A stretch of DNA of 25,819 bases from a virus, in the IMG/VR virus record IMGVR_UViG_3300043602_000052, positions 1 to 25,819 of that record, one strand, 5' to 3'. Position numbers and translations under genes: made by a program. Shown piece by piece: positions 1-7,536 of the stretch (its first letter is position 1; the number at the start of each line of letters is the position of its first letter). The notes below the pieces were generated by a model, which ran no database searches, was not told the DNA's origin, and saw nothing but the letters and a program-made list of their open reading frames with translations.

Positions 1-123
1 CCAGGTCAATCGGATGATCTGCCGCCCGGCTTCGTGCGCGTGATGCACATCAACACCGGGCCGACGAAGAACCCCAGCGTGACGAAGTACTTCATCACCT
101 TCAGCAACGGCGAGGAGGTGACG
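1..123. repeat. Terminal overlap copy 1 (identical to 25697-25819)
   Basis: Base-by-base comparison of ccaggtcaatcgg...gaggaggtgacg at both ends shows 123/123 identity. Confidence 0.97.
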
Positions 124-297
124 ACGATCAACTCGTGGCTGGCATCGTTAGCTGAAAACTACAAAGACGCCAACACGCCGGTGCGCATCAAGACGCGGAC
201 GGGGCGCTACGGCACCGACCTGATGGCGCTGATGACGACGGCGGAATCGGAGACGCCGCCCGATCCGCCGCCGACCGGCGACGACATCCCGTTCTAG
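1..297 (+). CDS. RecT/Redbeta-family single-strand annealing protein, 3' part (the gene starts at 25052 and crosses the artificial junction)
   Basis: Position 1 is in frame with the open frame running off the window end. The peptide ...DSPGQSDDLPPGFVRVMHINTG... is continuous across the overlap. Stop at 295-297. The track entry 34..297 is only the post-junction piece. Confidence 0.7.
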   Translation, partial: PGQSDDLPPGFVRVMHINTGPTKNPSVTKYFITFSNGEEVTTINSWLASLAENYKDANTPVRIKTRTGRYGTDLMALMTTAESETPPDPPPTGDDIPF

Positions 298-307
298 GAG
301 GCTTGCG

Positions 308-538
308 ATGGAGGACGAGTATGCACCGCCTCTCGGCGGGCGCGTGACCGACACCGAGCTGGCGGAAATGGAACGCGACCGCCAGGCGCACGAGCGGCCG
401 AACGAGCCGCCCGATCCGACATTCGACGTCTGCGCGATGGGGCCGGATCGCTTTCACAGTTTCTCGGTGGCCGACCCGAAGGGGCACCGTTGCCGCTATT
501 GCAATCGCCGCTGGCGCGATTGCCTCAGGACGCCGTAA
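308..538 (+). CDS. Hypothetical small protein with a Cys/His-rich C-terminus (HRCRYCNRRWRDC)
   Basis: ATG at 308 preceded by GGAGG (296-300). TAA-ATG abutment to the next gene. High third-position GC. Confidence 0.6.
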   Translation: MEDEYAPPLGGRVTDTELAEMERDRQAHERPNEPPDPTFDVCAMGPDRFHSFSVADPKGHRCRYCNRRWRDCLRTP

Positions 539-1525
539 ATGGACGCGCTGATCAAATACGACGCCGCCTGTCGGGCGATTGCCGCGGCGAAGACCGTGAT
601 CGAAGTGAAGCAGATCAGCAACGCCGCGGCGGCCTGGCGGACCTATGCGCGGCAAGCGAAGAACCGCGCGCTGGAAGTTGACTGCGCTGAGATCCGTATG
701 CGGGCTGAGCGTCGCGTCGGCGAATTGATGAGCGCGCAAAAGGCGGCGGTCGGGTTCCATGTCGGCGGTCGGCCTAGGAAAACCACATCCGGATCGGATG
801 TGGTTTTACCAACGTTGAAAAAGGCTGGCATTGATGACCGCCTAGCCGACCGGGCGCGGAAATTTGCGGCGATACCGCTGCCGAAATTTGAGGCGTTGAT
901 CCTCGAATGGCGGGATCGAATTCTCGCTGAGCACGAGCGCGTCACCACGAACCTGCTACGAGAAGGGGCGCGGCGCCTGCGCCACGACCCGCCCGACCTG
1001 CCGGTCGGCGTCTATCGCTTGCTCTACGCCGATCCGCCCTGGGAATACGAGCACGTCATCACCGAATCCCGCGCCATCGAGAACCAGTACCCCACCATGA
1101 CAATCGATGCGATCCGGGCGCTCGAACCCCCGGCGGCTGACGATGCCGTGCTGTTTCTCTGGGCGACCAGCCCGAAGCTGGCCGATGCGCTGACCGTGCT
1201 CGACGCGTGGGGCTTCACGTATCGCACCTGCGCGGTGTGGGACAAGGTGATCATCGGCATGGGCTACTACTTCCGCCAGCAACACGAGCTGTTACTGGTC
1301 GGCGCGCGGGGCGCGTTACCCGTGCCAGAACCCGCCGTGCGGTGCTCGTCAGTCATTCAGGCCCGCCGTGGGAGGCATAGCGAAAAGCCCGCGGTGGTCT
1401 ACGGGATGCTCGAATCCATGTATCCAACGTTTACCGAACTCGACCGCGTCGAACTCTTCCAACGGGTACCGCGGCCAGGGTGGTCGGGCTGGGGTAACGA
1501 ACCGGTCACGGAGGCGGCGTCATGA
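539..1525 (+). CDS. MT-A70-family N6-adenine DNA methyltransferase with an N-terminal helical extension
   Basis: DPPW catalytic motif (LLYADPPWEYE, 1031-1042). Downstream GRHSEKP motif typical of the MT-A70 family. 328 aa. Confidence 0.85.
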   Translation: MDALIKYDAACRAIAAAKTVIEVKQISNAAAAWRTYARQAKNRALEVDCAEIRMRAERRVGELMSAQKAAVGFHVGGRPRKTTSGSDVVLPTLKKAGIDDRLADRARKFAAIPLPKFEALILEWRDRILAEHERVTTNLLREGARRLRHDPPDLPVGVYRLLYADPPWEYEHVITESRAIENQYPTMTIDAIRALEPPAADDAVLFLWATSPKLADALTVLDAWGFTYRTCAVWDKVIIGMGYYFRQQHELLLVGARGALPVPEPAVRCSSVIQARRGRHSEKPAVVYGMLESMYPTFTELDRVELFQRVPRPGWSGWGNEPVTEAAS

Positions 1526-1998
1526 AGCCCGATGGAAAGGCTGAACCACGATTCGACATTGACGCCACGTACGGCGGTCAGGGCGAATTACAAATCGCGG
1601 ACTACCTGACCTGGCTCGCCGAGGGGAACGGTCGCATTGAAGTCAAACGCAAGCGGTACCTTGATCTCAATTTTTACGTCGAGACGCACTGCGATAAGGG
1701 TCGCAAGGGCACGTTTCAGCCGTCTGGCATTTCGGTCAGCACGGCGGCGGCGTGGGCATTCGTGATTGGTGACACCGGCATTTCGCTGATCATTCCAACC
1801 GACGAACTTCGGGCCATGCTGAACGATCCCAGTTCTCAGGATCGAGAAGAACGGGATGGCTCGTGTCCGACTCGGGGCAAGCTGGTCAGCCTCAATGTGC
1901 TGTTATATCGCCGCCGGTCGCGCCAGCAACCGGCACCGCGGCCAGCGGCACCGAGTCTCCCAACAGCGCCGCTGACGGCGGCGGATATTCGGTGGTGA
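1522..1998 (+). CDS. Hypothetical protein; possible PD-(D/E)xK-like nuclease core (GELQIADYL...GRIEVKRK)
   Basis: ATGA overlap with the methyltransferase stop. An ExK-like motif is the only functional hint. The C-terminal ~45 aa are low-complexity with weaker codon bias. Confidence 0.5.
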   Translation: MKPDGKAEPRFDIDATYGGQGELQIADYLTWLAEGNGRIEVKRKRYLDLNFYVETHCDKGRKGTFQPSGISVSTAAAWAFVIGDTGISLIIPTDELRAMLNDPSSQDREERDGSCPTRGKLVSLNVLLYRRRSRQQPAPRPAAPSLPTAPLTAADIRW

Positions 1999-2002
1999 CC
2001 CT

Positions 2003-2581
2003 GTGGGATTGTCGGCCCTGTGGTGGTGGATCGACCGCTGGCGCAAGTCCAGCGCGTTCATGAACATGAATTTAGAACAGCAAGGCGCCTATCGGAACTT
2101 GCTGGACGAAGCGACGCTGCGTGGCGGCGCGCTGCCAAATGACCAACGAATCCTGGCCAAAGCGAGCGGCGACGCCACTCGGTGGCGCAAAGTGAAGCCG
2201 CAAATCATGCGTCATTTTGAACTCAAATCGGATGGGTTTTGGCACAACGAAACGCTCGATAAAGTGCTCGCCGAATCCATGCGAAGGGCCGAAAAACAAC
2301 GGCAATATCGCGTGGCGCATGGTAACGCGGCTGGTAACGGAGGCGGTAACGCGCGTGGTAACGGAGGCGGTAACCGGTCGGGGTATCCGTATCCGTATCC
2401 GGATCTTGTACCGGGATCACTAGAAAGGAAGGGGAAGGGTACAGGGAAGGGGAAACGCGCGACGCCAGTGGGCAAACGTCGAAACAGCGTCTGTCCGCAT
2501 ACGCCCACCTGCGCGACCCGGCACGGCTGTATCCACCTGAGTTTGGAAGAAAGCCGGAAAGAAAAGGCCGCCAAGTCGTGA
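2003..2581 (+). CDS. DUF1376 (YdaU-like) phage replication-associated protein with a low-complexity linker and Cys/His-rich C-terminus
   Basis: N-terminus LWWWIDRWRKSSAFMNMNLEQQGAYRNLLDEATLRGGALPND matches the W..D....S......L..eqqGaY..LL pattern of DUF1376. GTG start at 2003. Confidence 0.6.
   Translation: MGLSALWWWIDRWRKSSAFMNMNLEQQGAYRNLLDEATLRGGALPNDQRILAKASGDATRWRKVKPQIMRHFELKSDGFWHNETLDKVLAESMRRAEKQRQYRVAHGNAAGNGGGNARGNGGGNRSGYPYPYPDLVPGSLERKGKGTGKGKRATPVGKRRNSVCPHTPTCATRHGCIHLSLEESRKEKAAKS
2321..2455. repeat. Short tandem-repeat block inside the DUF1376 gene: 5x GGTAAC at exact 12-nt period, 3x TATCCG, two polypurine GGAAGGGGAA tracts
   Basis: GGTAAC at 2321, 2333, 2345, 2357 and 2369. 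TATCCG at 2384, 2390 and 2396. Purine runs at 2424-2439 and 2443-2455. Encodes GNAAGNGGGNARGNGGGNRSGYPYPYP...KGKGTGKGK. Confidence 0.9.
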
Positions 2582-2859
2582 CGCTGAAACGCTATTCGGC
2601 GAAGCGCGACGGCAACGAAGCGCCCATCGTCAAGGTGTTGCGCAAGTGCGGCGCCCTGGTGCAACCGCTGAGCCTGCCCGGTATGCCCGACCTGCTGATC
2701 GCCTACCGCGGCAAGGTGCTGTTGCTGGAAGTGAAACAACCCAAGCGCGGCAAGCTCACCGCGGCGCAACGCAAAGCGGCGCTGCTCGGCTGGCCGGTCG
2801 TCACGGTTTACTCGATTGCGGAAGCCCTGGCGCTGATCGGCGCCGAAAACAGCCGATGA
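2578..2859 (+). CDS. VRR-NUC domain nuclease (PD-(D/E)xK superfamily)
   Basis: GMPDLLIAYRGKVLLLEVKQPKRGKLTAAQRK gives the D...ExK core followed by the L..aQ motif characteristic of VRR-NUC. GTGA overlap with the upstream stop. Confidence 0.75.
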   Translation: MTLKRYSAKRDGNEAPIVKVLRKCGALVQPLSLPGMPDLLIAYRGKVLLLEVKQPKRGKLTAAQRKAALLGWPVVTVYSIAEALALIGAENSR

Positions 2860-3068
2860 AACCGCACGCCGTGGTCGATACCACGCCCGACGAGATCCGC
2901 GACGAGACGCTCTTGCCTCCGCCCGGCCAGGTCCGCTATTCGCTGCTGCTCAACGACGAGCAAGTGGAACTGCTCTCGCGCGGCGTCGTCAGCGAGGCGC
3001 TCTCGTGCCGCTGCTACAAGATGCTCGAATGGAAACGCAGACAGCTGCGCGCTGAGAACAGCCGATGA
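2856..3068 (+). CDS. Hypothetical protein (70 aa)
   Basis: ATG at 2856 overlaps the TGA of the preceding gene (ATGA). This is the in-frame C-terminal part of track ORF 2646..3068. Confidence 0.6.
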   Translation: MKPHAVVDTTPDEIRDETLLPPPGQVRYSLLLNDEQVELLSRGVVSEALSCRCYKMLEWKRRQLRAENSR

Positions 3069-3265
3069 TGCCCGACACGGTGTATCTGATCTGGTCCATC
3101 GAACACGGCGCCTGGTGGCGTGCGGATCGCCGCGGCTACACGCGCCATCTCGACGAAGCCGGGCGCTACCCGCACGCCGACGCGCTCGAGATCCTCGACG
3201 ACGCCAACGGGCAAGGGCGCCTGTGTCACGAATGCCTGATTCCGGTCTTCTGCGTGGAGCCCTGA
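3065..3265 (+). CDS. Hypothetical small phage protein (VYLIWSIEHGAWWRADRRGYT...)
   Basis: ATGA overlap at 3065. Strong codon bias. 66 aa. Confidence 0.65.
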   Translation: MMPDTVYLIWSIEHGAWWRADRRGYTRHLDEAGRYPHADALEILDDANGQGRLCHECLIPVFCVEP

Positions 3266-3606
3266 TGCCGATGAGCCCGCGCCCCGCGTGTCTGGTGTGT
3301 CGCCGCGTCGGTTGCACCGACCATCCGCGCCAGTCGTGGGACCACAACAAACCCACGCCGCGTATCCGTGGGCGCCAACTGCAAGCGTTGCGCTACGAGC
3401 TGTTCCGAGAACACCCGTTCTGCCAGCAATGCCACACCGCCGTGGCGACCATCCGCGACCACATCGTGGCGCTCAACCTGGGTGGGACCGACACGCGCGA
3501 GAACACACAGGCGTTGTGCGCCAACTGCAACGAAGCGAAGCGACAACTCGAAGCGAAACGCGGCCGATACCCGGCGACTTCCCTGAACCCGAATCCCCGT
3601 AACTGA
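3265..3606 (+). CDS. HNH endonuclease (packaging-associated type, upstream of the terminase)
   Basis: CQQCH...RDHIVALNLGGTDTRENTQALCANCNEAK is an HNH core with paired Cys. ATG at 3265 overlaps the upstream TGA. The track ORF 3115..3606 has a spurious N-terminal extension. Confidence 0.85.
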   Translation: MPMSPRPACLVCRRVGCTDHPRQSWDHNKPTPRIRGRQLQALRYELFREHPFCQQCHTAVATIRDHIVALNLGGTDTRENTQALCANCNEAKRQLEAKRGRYPATSLNPNPRN

Positions 3607-3829
3607 CGATGCACTTCCTACACAGCGAAACCGTATGGCACACGCATTGACCGGACACCGGGGGGCCATCCCATGTTGTGGGGCGGCGGCCGGGAAACCA
3701 CGTTCGCAGGTTCGCGAGGCTTTTTGCGCAGAGTGGGCGTGTCAAGGTGTGACACGGCGTCAACCGGTTGGCGGATCGGTTTCGCCTCAGCAAAAACCTG
3801 AAAAGTTAGCGGATCGGACCCGGCGGTAA
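3607..3829. other. Non-coding region between HNH and TerL; candidate cos/packaging-recognition and late-regulatory region
   Basis: The only sizeable gap in the plus-strand operon. The one ORF in it (3635..3829) has about 55% GC3 by hand count, against about 80-90% in neighbouring genes. Contains a 7-bp-arm inverted repeat, CGTGTCA-aggtg-TGACACG (3738-3756), and a G7 run (3660-3666). Confidence 0.35.
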
Positions 3830-5452
3830 ATGGCGCCACACGCGACGAAGACCCCGGTGACACGCGACCGACGTGGGCGGTGGAACCGGGCGGCATCGGA
3901 TCGCCAACACGGCCCGATGCATCCCTCGGGGACGAACCGCGATCCGGTGACGTTCATCAACAGTTTGACGCATACCAAGGGCGCGTTCGGCGGGCAGTTG
4001 TTCAACCTGCGGCCGTGGCAGACGCGGATCGTGAAGCAGATTTTTAAGCGGCGGCGGGATGGGCTGCGGCAGTACCGCACCGTGTTGCTGATGTTGCCGC
4101 GGAAGAATGGGAAGTCCGAGCTGGCGGCCGCGATTGCGTTGTATGGGTTGCTGGCGGACGGCGAGATCGGTGCGGAAGTTTACAGCGCGGCCGCGGATCG
4201 GGACCAGGCGGCGCTGGTGTTCAACGTGGCGGCGCAGATGCTGCGGAACGATCCGGCGCTGAACGGGGAGTGCTACATCGTCGACAGCAAAAAGCGCATT
4301 GAGCATGCGACGAGCGGGAGTGTGTACCGGGCCATTAGCGCCGAGGCGTATTCCAAATTTGGCTTCAACAGTCATCTCGTGGTGTACGACGAGCTGCATG
4401 CCGCGGTGACGCGGGACTTGTACGAGGTGCTGGCGACGTCGATGGGCGCGCGGACCCAGCCGTTGCTGCTGGTGATTACGACCGCGGGCTTTGATCGGCA
4501 TTCGATTCTGTGGGAGCTGTACTCGCATGCGCTCAAGGTGCGCGAGAACCCGACGATGGACCCGTCGTTCCTGCCGCTGATTTTTGAAGCGCCGACCGAT
4601 GCGGACTGGACGAGTGAGCGGGTCTGGAAGAAAGCGAACCCGGCGCTCGGGGATTTTCGGTCCCTCGAAGAAATGCAGATTGCCTGCCAGCGGGCGCAGG
4701 AAATCCCGGCGCAAGAGAACATTTTTAGGCGGATGTACCTAAACCAGTGGACCGAGCAAAGCGCCCGGTGGATCGCGATGGCGGCCTGGGATGCCTGCCA
4801 GACGCGCGACGATGCCCCAGGATTGACGAACGGGCGTCGGTGCTACCTCGGGCTCGACCTCGCGTCCACGCGCGACCTGACGGCGCTGGTGGGCGTGTTC
4901 CCCGACGACACCGGGTTCGACGTGCGCGCCCAGTTTTTTATTCCTGAGCTGAATATTCGCGAACGCGTCGCACGGGATCGGGTGCCCTACGACCAGTGGC
5001 AACGCGACGACCTCGTCACGGTGACGCCGGGCAACGTCGTCGACTATGAACGGATTCGCGCCGTGATTCGCGAGTGGGCGAGTCGCTACGACGTGCGCGA
5101 GATTGCCTATGACCCCTGGAACGCGACCGACCTCGTGCAACGGTTGCAAGATCAGGACGGCCTGACGTGCGTGCCGATGCGGCAAGGGTTCGCGTCGCTG
5201 TCGGCGCCGACCAAGGCGCTCGAAGCCGCGATCCTGTCGCGCCGGTTGCGGCACGACGGCCACCCGATCCTCCGGTGGAATCTCAGCAACGTCGCCGTGG
5301 AAACCGACGCGGCCGGGAATCTGAAGCTCTCGAAGAAAGCCTCGTCAGAAAAAATCGATGGCGCCGTCGCGCTGGTGATGGCGCTCGACCGGCTGGAACG
5401 GGACCACGTCGCGACCCCGTCGTACACCATTTTTGCCTTAGGGGGCCGGTGA
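3830..5452 (+). CDS. terL: Terminase large subunit
   Basis: LFNLRPWQTRIVKQIF...LLMLPRKNGKSELAAAIALYGLLADGEIGAEVYSAAADRDQAALVF (Walker-A-like PRKNGKS). Typical Terminase_1 layout with a C-terminal nuclease half. 540 aa. Confidence 0.9.
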   Translation: MAPHATKTPVTRDRRGRWNRAASDRQHGPMHPSGTNRDPVTFINSLTHTKGAFGGQLFNLRPWQTRIVKQIFKRRRDGLRQYRTVLLMLPRKNGKSELAAAIALYGLLADGEIGAEVYSAAADRDQAALVFNVAAQMLRNDPALNGECYIVDSKKRIEHATSGSVYRAISAEAYSKFGFNSHLVVYDELHAAVTRDLYEVLATSMGARTQPLLLVITTAGFDRHSILWELYSHALKVRENPTMDPSFLPLIFEAPTDADWTSERVWKKANPALGDFRSLEEMQIACQRAQEIPAQENIFRRMYLNQWTEQSARWIAMAAWDACQTRDDAPGLTNGRRCYLGLDLASTRDLTALVGVFPDDTGFDVRAQFFIPELNIRERVARDRVPYDQWQRDDLVTVTPGNVVDYERIRAVIREWASRYDVREIAYDPWNATDLVQRLQDQDGLTCVPMRQGFASLSAPTKALEAAILSRRLRHDGHPILRWNLSNVAVETDAAGNLKLSKKASSEKIDGAVALVMALDRLERDHVATPSYTIFALGGR

Positions 5453-5637
5453 TGAAGATTGAACGCCGTCGCGTCGGCCGCCCGCCGATTGACCCCGACG
5501 ACGAATCGGTCAAACTGTCGCTCACGATCCCCGCCAAACGGTACGACGAACTGTGCTCGGATGCGCGGCGGCATCGGATGACGCTGCCCGACCTGGTGCG
5601 CCGCTTGTTGACGCGCCGGGCGAATAAAGATTCGTAA
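5452..5637 (+). CDS. Ribbon-helix-helix (CopG/Arc-like) DNA-binding protein, 61 aa
   Basis: SVKLSLTIPAKRYDELCSDARRHRMTLPDLVRRLL fits a beta-strand/helix/helix pattern. ATG at 5452 overlaps the TerL TGA. Confidence 0.6.
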   Translation: MKIERRRVGRPPIDPDDESVKLSLTIPAKRYDELCSDARRHRMTLPDLVRRLLTRRANKDS

Positions 5638-5677
5638 ACTCGTCAGCCCGGCCATTCAACCGTACGGTGGACGGCCA

Positions 5678-7534
5678 ATGGCTGACGTCCTGCACGCGAC
5701 GGCAACCCTCGACATCAAGGCGGATGCGACGTGCCGCACGTTGAGCGGCATCGCGGCGACGCCCACCCTCGACCGGCAAAACAGCATTTACGACGTCGAT
5801 GGCGCGATGTTCACCAACCCCGTGCCGTTGCTGTTGCATCACGACCAGGAGCGGCCGATTGGCTCGGCCATCCTGACCAAGGTCGGCAACGCGATCCACT
5901 TCGAGGCGACGCTGGCCGACGTCGACGAGCCGTACCTCACCAAAGCCAAGCAGCACATTCGCAGCGGGCTGCTGAAAGCCGTGTCGATTGGCTTCCATCC
6001 GCTGGCCGATGGCCTGGAATACCTCAAGGGCGGCATCCTCAAAATTGTGAAAAGCGAAATCTGCGAGCTGTCGCTGGTGACGGTCCCGGCGAACCGCGAC
6101 GCGACCATTCTGCGCATCAAGTCGGCCGACGTCGTCGGCCATTCAGGAGCCAAGCTGATGAAACCGACGACTGCCGACCATATTCAGAACCTTGAGAACA
6201 AGCGCGCGGCGCTCGCCGCCCGGATGACCGGCATCATGGAAGCCGCCGCGGGCGAGGGGCAGACCCTCGAAGCGGAACAGGCGACCGAGCACGACGGCCT
6301 GACCGTGCAGGTCAAGAGCATCGACGCCGACCTGCAACGCTGGCGCGATCACGAGAAGCTGCAAATCTCGACCGCGACGCCCGTCCCGGCCGTGACGCCG
6401 CTCGTCACCTCGACCTATTCCAGCGTGTCGGTCAAGGCGAATGTCCCCATCGGCACGCAGTTCGTGCGCGCCGCTTGTGCGCGCCTGATGGATCGCAGCG
6501 GCATGTTGCCGACCGGCGTCAATGCGATCAGCTACGCCGAGAACCGCTGGAAGGACACGCCCGAGGTCGCGCTGTACCTGCGCGCCGCGGTCGCGCCCGG
6601 CACGACGACCGACGCGACTTGGGCCGCGCCGCTCGTCAATCAGAACATCTCGAACGACTTTATCGAGCTGCTGCGACCGGCGACGATCCTCGGCAAGATT
6701 CCGAACCTGCGCAACGTCCCGTTCAACACCAAAGTCCCATCACAGAGTGCGGGTGGGACGTATGGGTGGGTGGGAGAATCTAAGCCGAAGCCGGTCAGCA
6801 AACTGGCCTTTACCTCGACCTCACTTGGTGTCGCAAAGGCTGCGGGCATCATCGTCCTGACGAAGGAACTGATCATGCTCTCGAATCCCTCGGCCGAGGC
6901 GCTCGTGCGCGCCGACATGGTCGCGGGCATTGCGCAATTCTTGGATGCGCAGTTCATCGACCCGGCCGTCGCTGCGGTCGCGGGCGTGAACCCGGCGTCG
7001 ATCACCAACGGCGCGCCGACCGCGGCCGCGACGACGAACCCGATGGCCGACATCATGGGACTGATCGGCCACTTCGCGACCAACAACATCAAGGTGGACG
7101 GCGTCGCGTTCATCATGTCCGCGGCCAACGCGCTATCGCTCTCGTTCCGGTCGAACCTCGATGGCTCGCCGCAGTATCCCGGCCTGACCATGAACGGCGG
7201 CAGCTACAAGGGGCTCACGTTCATCACGTCGCAGGCCGCGGGCACGAACGTCATCGCCCTCCAGCCCGAGTTGATTCTCTACGCCGATGGCGGCATCGAG
7301 ATCGACGCGTCGCAGGAAGCCTCGTTGCAGATGGACAGCGCGCCTGCGTCACCGGCTGATGCCACGACCGTCTACGTGTCGCTCTGGCAGACCAACACGG
7401 TTGGCCTGCGCGCCGAACGCTTCGTCAACTGGAACAAGGCGAACGCGAACGCCGTGAAGTACCTCACCGCGGCGGCCTATCCGGCCCCCTCGGGCAGCGA
7501 ACCGCTCGGCAACGGCACCACGCGCAAGGCGTAA
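5678..7534 (+). CDS. Prohead protease (HK97 gp4/S78-like) fused in frame to a scaffold-like coiled coil and an HK97-family major capsid protein
   Basis: N-terminal ~160 aa: SGIAATPTLDRQNSIYD...LLLHHDQERPIG...AVSIGF...ELSLVTVPANRDA (protease family). Then NLENKRAALAARM...DLQRWRDHEKL (delta/scaffold-like). Then WVGESKPKPVSKLAF...LTKELIMLS... (HK97 MCP). Confidence 0.88.
   Translation: MADVLHATATLDIKADATCRTLSGIAATPTLDRQNSIYDVDGAMFTNPVPLLLHHDQERPIGSAILTKVGNAIHFEATLADVDEPYLTKAKQHIRSGLLKAVSIGFHPLADGLEYLKGGILKIVKSEICELSLVTVPANRDATILRIKSADVVGHSGAKLMKPTTADHIQNLENKRAALAARMTGIMEAAAGEGQTLEAEQATEHDGLTVQVKSIDADLQRWRDHEKLQISTATPVPAVTPLVTSTYSSVSVKANVPIGTQFVRAACARLMDRSGMLPTGVNAISYAENRWKDTPEVALYLRAAVAPGTTTDATWAAPLVNQNISNDFIELLRPATILGKIPNLRNVPFNTKVPSQSAGGTYGWVGESKPKPVSKLAFTSTSLGVAKAAGIIVLTKELIMLSNPSAEALVRADMVAGIAQFLDAQFIDPAVAAVAGVNPASITNGAPTAAATTNPMADIMGLIGHFATNNIKVDGVAFIMSAANALSLSFRSNLDGSPQYPGLTMNGGSYKGLTFITSQAAGTNVIALQPELILYADGGIEIDASQEASLQMDSAPASPADATTVYVSLWQTNTVGLRAERFVNWNKANANAVKYLTAAAYPAPSGSEPLGNGTTRKA
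6146..6160 (+). promoter_or_regulatory. Internal in-frame translation start candidate (GGAG-N8-ATG) at the protease/capsid boundary
   Basis: GGAG at 6146-6149 and ATG at 6158, in the same frame as 5678. It would yield a 458-aa scaffold+MCP product without the protease. Confidence 0.4.
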
Positions 7535-7536
7535 CC

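Noticed and set aside
3635-3829. 64-aa ORF abutting the TerL start (TAA-ATG), considered as a small terminase
   Set aside because: About 55% GC3 by hand count, against at least 80% in real genes here. The composition is Cys/Gly/Arg-rich and unlike TerS, and the ORF is too short. Treated as non-coding packaging/regulatory DNA.
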